Source: a virus. From it: a DNA stretch of 64,000 bases. The position numbers were made by a program, and so were the translations under genes. The stretch lies in IMG/VR virus record IMGVR_UViG_3300009181_000042, positions 1-64,000 of that record; one strand, written 5' to 3'. Of the stretch, positions 30,838 through 39,678 are shown one piece after another (position 1 is the stretch's first letter; every line of letters begins with the position of its first letter). The notes under the pieces are model-generated. The model worked only from the letters and a program-made list of their open reading frames with translations, ran no database searches and had not been told where the DNA came from.

Positions 30838-31566
30838 TTACTGCTTAACAGCTACTTTTTTGGTAGTTGTTTTTGCAGCTGGTTTTGCAGCTGCTTTGGT
30901 TTCAGCTGCTGCTTTAGCGTTTCTAGCAGTGACATTGCGTATGGCAGTTTCTTGCTTTGCTGCCATCTGTGCTTTGTGGTTGGGATTAAGCGTTGGATCA
31001 ATAGCGTATGCCTGTGCTCGTCTTGACGTTGCGTCTGATTCTAGCATCTCAGCCATGCGTATGAGATCGCGTGCTTCCTGTGCTTTACCGTCTGCAGTGG
31101 TGCCTTCCATGTTGCTTTGATGTACATTGAACTTGCCCATCTCAGCTATGACCTGTGCGCGAGTTATGGGATCTAGATCTTCGAGCGCAGCTGGTGCACT
31201 GTCGGCATTGTTGTTCATTGCTTCAAGTATTTGACGCAGTGGAAACTTCATGCCGCGTGCAGGTGTCATGTGTACCAGATCAACTGGCACCTTCATCAGT
31301 CGTTGGCTAGCATGTAGCTTTTGTAGCATGGTCATGCTAGAACCGTCTGGAGCAGGACGGCGGCCCAGTATGTCAGCGAGATCCTTGCTTTGCTGGCCTT
31401 CAACGCTTTCTACAATACGGCGCAGTGCTTCGTTGTATTGATCTGGTAGGGCATCTGTGTCAATTACCAGTGCGTTGTCTTCATCGCCAGGTAAGCTCAT
31501 GAACACTACCACCACTGCCTTGCCGGTGTTTTCCAGCTGGCCAATGTGTTTCATCATTTCAGCCAT
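30838..31566 (-). CDS. Hypothetical protein with Ala/Lys-rich C-terminal tail
   Basis: 242 aa; ends AAAKPAAKTTTKKVAVKQ. Confidence 0.75.
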   Translation of the reverse strand: MAEMMKHIGQLENTGKAVVVVFMSLPGDEDNALVIDTDALPDQYNEALRRIVESVEGQQSKDLADILGRRPAPDGSSMTMLQKLHASQRLMKVPVDLVHMTPARGMKFPLRQILEAMNNNADSAPAALEDLDPITRAQVIAEMGKFNVHQSNMEGTTADGKAQEARDLIRMAEMLESDATSRRAQAYAIDPTLNPNHKAQMAAKQETAIRNVTARNAKAAAETKAAAKPAAKTTTKKVAVKQ

Positions 31567-31795
31567 TGGTAACCTCTGCTGTTTGTTCTGCAGCAGCAGG
31601 ATCTGCAGCTGGTTGCTGCGCTGCTGCAGCGTCTACGAATCGTTTAAATTTATTGTATAGCTGGCCAACTGGTTCTAGTTCCGGCCCGCGGAACGCACCG
31701 CGGCTACTTGCAAGATCCAGAACGACCAATATGTTCTGCAGATCTGCTAGATTAATTGCAGCATCTGCCTGCGGTTGTGTGGTCTGATCATTCAT
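31559..31795 (-). CDS. Hypothetical phage protein
   Basis: 78 aa; AAGGAGG RBS; DLASSRGAF..EL..VG.LYNK. Confidence 0.75.
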   Translation of the reverse strand: MNDQTTQPQADAAINLADLQNILVVLDLASSRGAFRGPELEPVGQLYNKFKRFVDAAAAQQPAADPAAAEQTAEVTNG

Positions 31796-31868
31796 TTTTT
31801 GCCTCCTTGATGCATGTCATCAGCTTAATATTAAGCAAGGCTAGCAGCAATACCAAATAATATTTTTG

Positions 31869-32057
31869 TCAAGCAACGGAAAAATACGTGTGTAAAACCA
31901 ATCCGGCCATGCTGCCAAAGCTGGTTAAAAATGCAACAGTGCTTACATATAGATCATTATGTAAGCTTTCGCAGTACAATCCAATAGATCCGGCCAGTAT
32001 AAAGCTGCCAAATAGCAGAATAGGCAGGCATATTTTCTTAAAAATCTTGCCTTTCAC
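31869..32057 (-). CDS. Small two-TM membrane protein
   Basis: 62 aa, two hydrophobic stretches; GGAGA RBS; perfect TATAAATA at 32087-32094 on the - strand. Confidence 0.5.
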   Translation of the reverse strand: MKGKIFKKICLPILLFGSFILAGSIGLYCESLHNDLYVSTVAFLTSFGSMAGLVLHTYFSVA

Positions 32058-32135
32058 TGAAGTTTCTCCGAACTTGTGTTATAGCCTATTTATAATTAAT
32101 AGCATATAAATTGTGTCAACGGAAAGAAAACCCAT

Positions 32136-33269
32136 ATGATACCTCAAACTAGATATCAATATGACCACTGGACGTATGTAAGCGGCCCAACTCATCAGTT
32201 GCATACATGGGGTCCTTACATGGAACGTGTAGCAGCAAGCAATCTACATGTTAACAGGCATTTTTTCATACATTGCATCAACCAACATCCAATAAACCAC
32301 ATATACGATGGGTTTCCTTGGGACATGTTTGCCGAAGCATGCGCTACAAAACACGGCAAGCAGATGGTAGTAGTGCTGGATGCACATACCGAAGGACCAA
32401 GCTGGCGTCATATACGCAGCACTGTTGAGCGCATGATCGCAGAATTTAATGTTGATCCGCAGTGCATCATTCAATGGACAGGTAGTAGCGGAGAAAACTG
32501 CGAACCCATACAGATTGTCCCAGTCATGGACGCATTTAGCATCATCACTGCTGCTGAACAGTGCGATGTGCAAGCAGTTCCGAAACATCATTTTGTTATG
32601 CTTGCTAGGATACCAAAACCGCACAGAGTTCTAATGGCAATAGACATACTTGAAAGGGAATTAGATAGCTACGGTTACATTAGTTGTGGTAGCGGTAGCC
32701 ATGGCCCGCCTGACAGTGCGATGCTTGATGAGTTGGTCTCAGCTAACATGCGCACACGTTTCCCGCTGCTGTTACCGGGCGGATATTGGAGCGACATCTA
32801 CGCTCATCGAGAACACCTTGACAGTGTTAGATTGCCTCAGGTAACTGAAGCGTTTTGCAGTGTCATACCAGAGACCAGCCATGATCTGTGTTCGCCTAAT
32901 GTGTGCACTGCGTTCATGACCGAGAAGAGCGAAAAATGTTTCTTGTTAGAACAAGTTCCCTTATGGGTAGCAGCGCCTGGTCAAGCTGCACTAGCTCGAT
33001 CATGGGGATTTGATCTGTTTGAAGATCTGATAGATCATTCTTATGATCTAATAGTTGATCCGTATCTGCGTATTCGCATGGTAGGCGATCAACTAGAAAA
33101 GCTGTGTAGAGAAGATATAGGTTGGCTGCAAAAATACAAGCAATATCATGCTGATCGCTTTGCAGCCAACCGAGAGCGTTGTTTTTATTTACGACGCAAC
33201 CACACTGAGATACAATATCACAAGCTCGTGGATTGCATCAATCGGATGCACGTGCCTGCAGTGCTTTGA
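32136..33269 (+). CDS. Putative glycosyltransferase-like protein (GT10-like E..TEK motif)
   Basis: VIPETS..FMTEKSEK..GFDLFEDLIDHSYD; paralog of 44510..45604. Confidence 0.45.
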   Translation: MIPQTRYQYDHWTYVSGPTHQLHTWGPYMERVAASNLHVNRHFFIHCINQHPINHIYDGFPWDMFAEACATKHGKQMVVVLDAHTEGPSWRHIRSTVERMIAEFNVDPQCIIQWTGSSGENCEPIQIVPVMDAFSIITAAEQCDVQAVPKHHFVMLARIPKPHRVLMAIDILERELDSYGYISCGSGSHGPPDSAMLDELVSANMRTRFPLLLPGGYWSDIYAHREHLDSVRLPQVTEAFCSVIPETSHDLCSPNVCTAFMTEKSEKCFLLEQVPLWVAAPGQAALARSWGFDLFEDLIDHSYDLIVDPYLRIRMVGDQLEKLCREDIGWLQKYKQYHADRFAANRERCFYLRRNHTEIQYHKLVDCINRMHVPAVL

Positions 33270-33447
33270 CTGCTTCGATCACGATGCTGCGATCGGATGG
33301 TTTTAGATCGCGAATGGTCCGAGGCATCTTGGGCGAGCCAAGCTGCGTGAGCAGCTGCCCAATGCGGGCCCAATCGCAGCTCTGCTTGTCGTCCTTGAGA
33401 TTGCCGCTTTCGCTCATCATAGTACGGCCTAGTTGCATTGCGTCCAT
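33238..33447 (-). CDS. Hypothetical protein
   Basis: 69 aa; AGGAG RBS. Confidence 0.6.
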   Translation of the reverse strand: MDAMQLGRTMMSESGNLKDDKQSCDWARIGQLLTQLGSPKMPRTIRDLKPSDRSIVIEAVKALQARASD

Positions 33448-33470
33448 GTGTGTCTCCTGTGTGTTATAGT

Positions 33471-33614
33471 TTAGCGGTTTTCAGTAACTGTGCTCACACG
33501 CTTACCGGCATATTGGGCTTCAGCCAATCGCTTTGCTTCAGCCGGCGATCTAGCAGTGATCTGTACCTTGCTAGTGTTGTGATCAAAGTGTACAGTAACG
33601 GTGTAGGTCTTCAT
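33471..33614 (-). CDS. Small hypothetical protein (47 aa; not in ORF track)
   Basis: AGGAG RBS; MKTYTVTVHFDHNTSKVQITARSPAEAKRLAEAQYAGKRVSTVTENR. Confidence 0.6.
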   Translation of the reverse strand: MKTYTVTVHFDHNTSKVQITARSPAEAKRLAEAQYAGKRVSTVTENR

Positions 33615-33623
33615 GTTCTGCTC

Positions 33624-33845
33624 CTATGTGTTGTGCTTGAGGTGAAAGTATATAGCATCTTCGGGGTTGTCAAACGTGATCTTTATCTTAGCAGTGTTGG
33701 TAGACAAGTGGACCCAGCGTGTGTCCTCTATGCAGGCTGTTGGATAGTTAAGCTGCAAGTATTGCTCCAGCATGCTTATGGCAAAGTTGTCCTGTGGCAT
33801 GTCCACGATAACATCAGTGCCTAAAAGCTCAGTGTGCTGGATCAA
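33624..33845 (-). CDS. Hypothetical protein
   Basis: Start re-called to a TTG overlapping the upstream TGA; ends FDNPEDAIYFHLKH. Confidence 0.5.
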   Translation of the reverse strand: MIQHTELLGTDVIVDMPQDNFAISMLEQYLQLNYPTACIEDTRWVHLSTNTAKIKITFDNPEDAIYFHLKHNT

Positions 33846-34120
33846 TCTTTGCCTATGAATTTCTTGGCCCATGTGTCGGCCCAATCTTCCAAGTGCTCTT
33901 CGAGATACGCAACACCCTGTGCGCTGTGCAAGCTTGCAGTTTTTTCGATGCTGTTGATCACTACAGTGGGCAACTGACCTTCGATCATGTCCATGACCTT
34001 CTGTCGTTCTGCAGGGTTCATGTCCCTGCTCCACATGGCCAATCGTTCTGCTACCATCGAACACAGCTGTGCACTAAGCTGTGCAAGCTGTGGACGAAAC
34101 TCTCCTGGGGTACCCTGCAT
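33842..34120 (-). CDS. Hypothetical protein
   Basis: 92 aa; TAATG coupling to the upstream gene. Confidence 0.65.
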   Translation of the reverse strand: MQGTPGEFRPQLAQLSAQLCSMVAERLAMWSRDMNPAERQKVMDMIEGQLPTVVINSIEKTASLHSAQGVAYLEEHLEDWADTWAKKFIGKD

Positions 34121-34323
34121 TATTCGCTCGCTTTCTTGATCTTCTTAACGCCTGCCTTGGCTGATCGTAGTTTAACGATCTGATCCTTGAGAGCCAACTT
34201 CTTCTTTTTCAATTGGCGCAAAGAATCGCTGTCAACTTTACTTGCGCTTTCCATGTGCTCGATTGCAGTGTCTAGTGCCTTGTGTTCGGCAACCAAGCTA
34301 TTGATGTACGTGGACAGGCTCAT
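34120..34323 (-). CDS. YdcH/DUF465-like coiled-coil protein
   Basis: L..EH..LD..I....LRQLKKKKL.LKDQI pattern. Confidence 0.7.
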   Translation of the reverse strand: MSLSTYINSLVAEHKALDTAIEHMESASKVDSDSLRQLKKKKLALKDQIVKLRSAKAGVKKIKKASE

Positions 34324-35594
34324 GCTGCCTGTCCAATCTCTTCTACGCCTGTGTCGTGGTCATAGTACGCATACTGACCAAACGGCGGCTTAACACGAGT
34401 CTTATGACCCTCGGTGATGATCCACAGCGTGTCAGCATAGCTTTCAGGACCCCAAGTACCATATGGGTAACCGTCAGTGAAGATCACAGCTTTCTTGGGC
34501 TCGATCTCCTCATCCATCCAGTACTTCCAGAACGCCATGAAGTCAGTTCCGCCGCCACCCTTGCACTCATAAGTCAGCAAATCGTCTGCGCTGTCCTTGG
34601 TGAACTTCTGGAAGTTATAGACCTGCGTATCAAAGCAAAGGATGCTGATAGTAAAGTCGTTATACATGTTCATGATGCCGTAGACTTCGCTGAGAAAGTC
34701 CTTAGCCATAGTGTCACTGATCGAACCCGACATGTCAATTGCGATAGCGATGTCAATGGTATCATCCTTGTCCAGCGTAGGAAGGAAGATACCGCCATAC
34801 ATATGTTTGCGGTTAGGACGCATCCAAGTAAAGTCATCAGTGATGCAGCTTTGGATGTTTTGCTGCAACAAGTCGCGCCAGTTGATCTTGTGATCAACGA
34901 GGTCATCTACCAGTCGCTGCAAGCTTGCAGGCATCTTGCCAGCTGCTGCTTGTGCTGCTTGCAGAACCTTGTTCTTCATTTCTTCGCGCAGCTTCTTCAG
35001 AGCTTCGTCGCTTACTTTGATTGGATTGCCATCCTTGTCAACAGCTTGCCGTCCCTTGCCATTGTTATCGTTGCCCATCTCAATGTGCACGTCGAGAGTC
35101 ATCTGCTTCTTGACCTTGCGCTTCTCGAGGTCGTCGTACACAGCTTCAGAGGTCCAATCCAAGTAACGCTCGTCGTAAAGACCCACACGCTGTGCAGTTG
35201 CACCCTGCTCGTCTTTCTCGTTGGGATCTGCGACTTTCTTAGTAGGCATCTTGCCGATCTTGTCACGCACCAACATGCCGTTGATCACGTAGTCGTTGGC
35301 CATGTTCCACCAGCTGGGATCGCGGTGTGTGCGACGCCCAAAGTGATCCAGTGCAACGTGCAGCACTTCATGGCACAGCACGAACTTGATCTCGTCAACA
35401 TCGAGATCCTTGAAGAAGTCTCGATTGTAATAGATGTTACGGCCGTCAACTGCAGCAGTTGGACACCAGCCTGCCTCAGTGGCATCTACCAACGGCATCT
35501 GCATAGTAAGTGTGCCAAAGAACGGCGCTTTGAACAACAGTTCAAGACGTGCTTGGCTGATCTTCTTGGTTACTGGATCGCGTTGAAATGACAT
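34320..35594 (-). CDS. Metallopeptidase-like (HExxH) plus VWA domain protein (DUF2201-like)
   Basis: TAAVDG, HEVLH, WNMANDYVIN; MIDAS DMSGS, GGGGTDF, FTDG; start re-called to the ATG after a GGAGGT RBS. Confidence 0.85.
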   Translation of the reverse strand: MSFQRDPVTKKISQARLELLFKAPFFGTLTMQMPLVDATEAGWCPTAAVDGRNIYYNRDFFKDLDVDEIKFVLCHEVLHVALDHFGRRTHRDPSWWNMANDYVINGMLVRDKIGKMPTKKVADPNEKDEQGATAQRVGLYDERYLDWTSEAVYDDLEKRKVKKQMTLDVHIEMGNDNNGKGRQAVDKDGNPIKVSDEALKKLREEMKNKVLQAAQAAAGKMPASLQRLVDDLVDHKINWRDLLQQNIQSCITDDFTWMRPNRKHMYGGIFLPTLDKDDTIDIAIAIDMSGSISDTMAKDFLSEVYGIMNMYNDFTISILCFDTQVYNFQKFTKDSADDLLTYECKGGGGTDFMAFWKYWMDEEIEPKKAVIFTDGYPYGTWGPESYADTLWIITEGHKTRVKPPFGQYAYYDHDTGVEEIGQAA

Positions 35595-35614
35595 GTGTGT
35601 ACCTCCGATAAGCC

Positions 35615-35642
35615 ATAATAGCACGTAACGGCAGGGCGTCAA
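35615..35642 (-). promoter_or_regulatory. sigma70-like promoter
   Basis: TTGACG-N16-TATTAT with TG extension. Confidence 0.55.
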
Positions 35643-35661
35643 CCATTAAGCTGACGCCCTG
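35632..35661. promoter_or_regulatory. Perfect 10-bp inverted repeat covering the -35 box
   Basis: CAGGGCGTCA-N10-TGACGCCCTG between the ATPase and VWA genes; no U-tract. Confidence 0.6.
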
Positions 35662-35669
35662 TGTGTTAT

Positions 35670-36863
35670 TTAGATGCTGGGGATCAAGTCGCTGTAGCGC
35701 TTGCAGAACTCTACCCAGTTCTTCAGCTTAGCTGCTTTGAGTGGCAGCTTGTAGGTACCCAGGATGGTCTTGGCACCCATCACAGCCAGCTCGTCTTCGA
35801 AGTTGTCCATGATAAAGCGGAAGAACATGTCAACCTTGGCCTGGAACGCTTCGTCTGCCTTGCTGTCAGTGCGCACGTTCTTAGCAGCATCGTTGAGCGC
35901 ATAGCACAGTGCAGTGGTCAACGCATACATAACGTCGATCTGCTTGCTGTTGATCTTGGTAACCTTGCCGTCCAAGATATCGCTGGCATTGGGCAAGTTA
36001 GCCGCTTGTTTGCGATAAGTCATGAACTTGATGCCCGGACCTTCGCCAACGGTGCCCTTGATTAGATCGCCCAACACGTCGTCGGACAAGTGCACGTCTA
36101 CCAAGTCACCGTCCTTGTTGGGTTCCTGCAGCAGTTCGCTTGCAAAGTACCAAGAACGCGGTGTAGCAAAAGCATAGCTATCCGAGCTAGGTTGGAAGTT
36201 CATCAAGTCGTTGGGCTGGAAGCTCAAGTAACCAACCACGTCCTTGTGCACGCGATTCAGCAGTGCCCACTCTTTCCAGTCGTCAATGCTCACATCAAGC
36301 GTGACGTGCGTAAAGCGGTTTGCCAACGGCATAGGCATGTTATACGCAACGCCTTTGTCCTTGACGCGGTTACCCGCGGCAACAATGACCACGTCCTTGG
36401 GCAGCTCGTAGGTACCAATCTTACGATTGAGGATCACCTGGTAAGTAGCTGCTTGCACGCTGGGCGGTGCAGCGCTCATCTCGTCAAAGAACACCAATGC
36501 GCGGCTGTTAGGATCAGTGGGCAAGTCCGACGGATTGGACCACTTGAACACTTTCTCAGTGAGCGGCACGTTCTGTTCGTCGCGCACCAAGTTACCCTGT
36601 GCGTCATACACCTTGACCTCTGCGAGGTAAGGGATACCACGAACGTCTGTGGGTTCCATCAGCGGCAAGCGAATGTCAATCAGCGGACGACCTTGCTCGC
36701 GGGCAACTTCGGCAACGATGTCCGATTTACCAATGCCTGGGGGACCCCAAACGAACACAGGACGCTTGCGGTTCACGCTGTGCGTGATCGCCATCTTGAG
36801 GCGCGAGGGAGAAATGCCGGTGTTTTCCAACACGCGGTTCTTAGTAGCGGTAGCTGTAGCCAT
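35670..36863 (-). CDS. MoxR-like AAA+ ATPase
   Basis: Walker A GPPGIGKS, Walker B VFFDE, AAGNR, LANRF, TPRSW. Confidence 0.9.
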   Translation of the reverse strand: MATATATKNRVLENTGISPSRLKMAITHSVNRKRPVFVWGPPGIGKSDIVAEVAREQGRPLIDIRLPLMEPTDVRGIPYLAEVKVYDAQGNLVRDEQNVPLTEKVFKWSNPSDLPTDPNSRALVFFDEMSAAPPSVQAATYQVILNRKIGTYELPKDVVIVAAGNRVKDKGVAYNMPMPLANRFTHVTLDVSIDDWKEWALLNRVHKDVVGYLSFQPNDLMNFQPSSDSYAFATPRSWYFASELLQEPNKDGDLVDVHLSDDVLGDLIKGTVGEGPGIKFMTYRKQAANLPNASDILDGKVTKINSKQIDVMYALTTALCYALNDAAKNVRTDSKADEAFQAKVDMFFRFIMDNFEDELAVMGAKTILGTYKLPLKAAKLKNWVEFCKRYSDLIPSI

Positions 36864-36889
36864 TTGCCTACTCCGTTGTTTGATGTGTT

Positions 36890-36917
36890 ACAATAACACG
36901 TTTAAAGTATGTGTCAA
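36890..36917 (-). promoter_or_regulatory. sigma70-like promoter
   Basis: TTGACA-N16-TATTGT with TG extension. Confidence 0.55.
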
Positions 36918-37360
36918 CCGTTATTTGTAGCCAGTAGCTCAAGGTAAAATCTGTGGTATTTTTCCATACGAGCAATGTCTTTTTCTGTGATGCCCTTGAG
37001 GCGCCGCACGTCTGTGTTGTGACGCAGATCGCACAGCTTGACCTTGATCGCATCCGGGTTAGCCTTGACCCGCACTTTGTACTCGTCATAGCTTTCGCCG
37101 GGCATCTTGGTCAGTGCACGGATACCTTGGATGATGCGATCCGTGAAGCCCATCTCATGCAGTTCAGTGAACGTAGTGGGCGTGTCTTCAACGAGATCGT
37201 GTGCAAGAGCAATGCACTGCAGCTCTTCATCGTCGCTCTTGAGGTAGTACATGACCTTGAGCGGATGGAGGATGTATGGCGCACCGCCGCGGTCAAACTG
37301 TCCTGCGTGGCGATTGGTAGTTAGCACCAGCATCTTGTTAAGCAGTTCGCCTTTGCGCAT
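36914..37360 (-). CDS. Stand-alone HD-domain hydrolase, RelA/SpoT/Mesh1-like
   Basis: H.GQ.DR.G.PYILHP, AHDLVEDT, ALTK, VKLCDLRHN; start re-called after a GGAGA RBS. Confidence 0.85.
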   Translation of the reverse strand: MRKGELLNKMLVLTTNRHAGQFDRGGAPYILHPLKVMYYLKSDDEELQCIALAHDLVEDTPTTFTELHEMGFTDRIIQGIRALTKMPGESYDEYKVRVKANPDAIKVKLCDLRHNTDVRRLKGITEKDIARMEKYHRFYLELLATNNG

Positions 37361-37386
37361 CAGTTTCTCCCGTACCCTATGCTTGT

Positions 37387-37414
37387 ACAATAGCATAGCT
37401 AGCACATGTGTCAA
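37387..37414 (-). promoter_or_regulatory. sigma70-like promoter
   Basis: TTGACA-N16-TATTGT with TG extension. Confidence 0.55.
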
Positions 37415-37517
37415 CCAGAAACTTTACGTTTGATTGGCGAGTGCACACTGCAGTGGGCAAATCACGGTAACGGATAAATAATTTGGTAACATTGTGCATC
37501 TTGCTGGGGGTATTCAC

Positions 37518-37991
37518 ATGCTAATTATTGAAAGAACAACAAAGATCGTTGGTATGGTTACTGCAGTTTTTGCAGTGGTTGTTGGGGGTTACACTGCCTG
37601 GGACAAAATTGATAAATCTTTGACAGATACCGGCATAATCAAATGGGCACCAGAGCACTTTACAATCAGTGACGGTGCAGCAGGCAGTGAGTTCCAGGTG
37701 ATCGTTGCAAGACAAAAGCTACGGGACGACTGCAAGGTAGAGGACTTCAAACTAGAAGTACGCGATAGTGAGTACATTGTGCATGCAGCGTCTCCCAGCG
37801 TTGCAAAGTTTAGCGGCCCAGCCGGCGACGGCATCGAGAAGTTTGGCTACAAGTTTACCATAGATGACAAAGCAGAAGATGTGGCAAAGGGCACCGCGAC
37901 CCTGATGGCCCAGATATACTACCAATGCCCAGAAGGTGCAGTTGTAGTATCATATCCCGACCATGAGAATATGAACTTCAACATAAACTAA
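37518..37991 (+). CDS. Membrane-anchored protein of unknown function
   Basis: N-terminal TM segment, two Cys; ATAAATA at 37474-37480 upstream; isolated + strand gene. Confidence 0.6.
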   Translation: MLIIERTTKIVGMVTAVFAVVVGGYTAWDKIDKSLTDTGIIKWAPEHFTISDGAAGSEFQVIVARQKLRDDCKVEDFKLEVRDSEYIVHAASPSVAKFSGPAGDGIEKFGYKFTIDDKAEDVAKGTATLMAQIYYQCPEGAVVVSYPDHENMNFNIN

Positions 37992-38014
37992 CATTGGGTA
38001 CTAGAGCCGCGATA

Positions 38015-38404
38015 TCAATAGACCCGGTTGACTGCTACTTTTTTCGCGTAACTTTCGAGCATGCTAACAGCAAACTTGATCACGAATTTCTCTCTGCCTA
38101 CGGCTACTGCCCAGGCATGCTGCGTGTATCTATCAGCTGTTTCGGCTAGTATCTCATCTAGCTTGAGTGCCCAGTATTCTCGGCAAGCTGCACCGGCACG
38201 GCGATCTTGTTCGGTTACCGCGCTACGATCATCTTGATCAACAAGCTGCTGTACCAGTCGCACAGACGCCATGCCGCGCCCGGCAGCAATCCTATGTATG
38301 TACGCTGCCCAACTCCAGTCGTCAACTGTGGTCAACCACAGTCTCCATGTCCATCCACTGTGCACAGAATGCCTCAGTGTATGCAGTTTTTTCTGCAGGT
38401 CCAA
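38015..38404 (-). CDS. Hypothetical protein
   Basis: ORF fills the gap; start uncertain because of overlap with the upstream gene. Confidence 0.35.
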   Translation of the reverse strand: MDLQKKLHTLRHSVHSGWTWRLWLTTVDDWSWAAYIHRIAAGRGMASVRLVQQLVDQDDRSAVTEQDRRAGAACREYWALKLDEILAETADRYTQHAWAVAVGREKFVIKFAVSMLESYAKKVAVNRVY

Positions 38405-38516
38405 ACGTGAAACGTTCTCGAAAACTGTCGCGGAACGCTGCCCATAGCTCTGGATTTACTTCATAGCAGGGAATGTCGCTGGGGAATGCGGGGCTTTGTT
38501 CATGTGTCCATTTCAT
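38322..38516 (-). CDS. Hypothetical protein (leaderless)
   Basis: ATG 6 nt after the -10 box of the promoter at 38523-38550. Confidence 0.5.
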   Translation of the reverse strand: MKWTHEQSPAFPSDIPCYEVNPELWAAFRDSFRERFTFGPAEKTAYTEAFCAQWMDMETVVDHS

Positions 38517-38522
38517 ACACAC

Positions 38523-38550
38523 ATAATAACACAGCAAGCAGGGATGTCAA
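38523..38550 (-). promoter_or_regulatory. sigma70-like promoter
   Basis: TTGACA-N16-TATTAT with TG extension. Confidence 0.6.
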
Positions 38551-38963
38551 GCGCTTTTGAACTCTACGAATGCTTGAGCACTTCCGCCTACCATCTGTAG
38601 CTCAAAGTGTACCTGTTGATCAAATGTTATGATGCTATTAGCGCGATATCCCCAAGGACCTCGCACTGCGTTGTCCATGGTGCGCAACACACGACCAGTC
38701 ATGATGGTGTTATCGTCGCTGGTGGCTTTGTAATGTTTGAAACATTCTATGAACAGCTTGATACCTGCTGGTGCCAACCGCCAACCTTGATTCACAAACA
38801 GCGCACGGCGTGCTCGCAGCAGTGCAGTTTCTGTGATAGGATCCTGCGCATCAATTATACCTGCACGAGCAACTGCATCAATGCCGTATTGTTGTAACCA
38901 TGCATCTGGACCCAACGAGCCCAGGTCCCACAAGTGTTGATAAGGCCAATCTTTTTTATCCAC
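38547..38963 (-). CDS. Hypothetical protein
   Basis: 138 aa; GTG start 4 nt after TTAAATA. Confidence 0.65.
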   Translation of the reverse strand: MDKKDWPYQHLWDLGSLGPDAWLQQYGIDAVARAGIIDAQDPITETALLRARRALFVNQGWRLAPAGIKLFIECFKHYKATSDDNTIMTGRVLRTMDNAVRGPWGYRANSIITFDQQVHFELQMVGGSAQAFVEFKSA

Positions 38964-38980
38964 TTGTTATTTAATAACGG

Positions 38981-39202
38981 CTAGAACTTGCCGCCGTCTT
39001 GTTTGATCTCTGCACTCATGATCTGCTGCTGTAGATCAATCACGAGATCAGCCAGCTCTGCTTCTCTGGACAGCATCACAGCAATGCTTGCAGCCAACAC
39101 GTCAGCATCCTGCATGGTCAAACGAATCTCTCGGCTGTTGGCCATCTTGGCTATGCGATGCTTCTCGAGAAAGCTGCGCACCTGGTTCTTCACATCTGTC
39201 AT
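38981..39202 (-). CDS. Hypothetical protein
   Basis: Start re-called to MTDVKNQ (ATGA overlap); ends DGGKF. Confidence 0.65.
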   Translation of the reverse strand: MTDVKNQVRSFLEKHRIAKMANSREIRLTMQDADVLAASIAVMLSREAELADLVIDLQQQIMSAEIKQDGGKF

Positions 39203-39678
39203 ACTCGTGATACTCTCTTCTTTTGAGCCATGGCATTCTGCATCTCTAGCTTGGTGCGGAACGGGCCAATGAATTGATTTTCTTCTAGCGTCTGTGTGCG
39301 TGGACAGTAGCTGCCGGTCCACCCGTGCTCAAAGTCCAGTGCATAGTAACCGGCTGCAAATCTAGCCTTGCTCTTGCTGGCTTTGCTATAGGTAACGATG
39401 TCGCCTTCTTCAACGTCAAACACTGCCTTGTGCTTGATTGGATAACCGTTGATCTGTCCGATCTCGTCTTCTTTGTCATCCTCAGATTCTCTGGCTTCAA
39501 TGGTAAGATCGCCACCTAGATACCGAGTGAGCTCGTCTGCATCACCAAATACTTTCTTATCAAACGGACCGATGACCTTGAATCCATCTGTGCTAACCGT
39601 GACCAACCCTGTGTTGCTGCCGTCCTTTTCGAGGATGTAACTGGTCTCTGTGAGTTCTTTAAGCTTGTAATGGCTCAT
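39199..39678 (-). CDS. Hypothetical phage protein
   Basis: 159 aa; SKSK..FAAGYY..YCP..GPF. Confidence 0.7.
   Translation of the reverse strand: MSHYKLKELTETSYILEKDGSNTGLVTVSTDGFKVIGPFDKKVFGDADELTRYLGGDLTIEARESEDDKEDEIGQINGYPIKHKAVFDVEEGDIVTYSKASKSKARFAAGYYALDFEHGWTGSYCPRTQTLEENQFIGPFRTKLEMQNAMAQKKRVSRV

Noticed and set aside
34356-36896. Long + strand ORFs (411 aa and 268 aa)
   Set aside because: Exact antisense shadows of the VWA and ATPase genes, explained by their codon bias; no motifs or RBS
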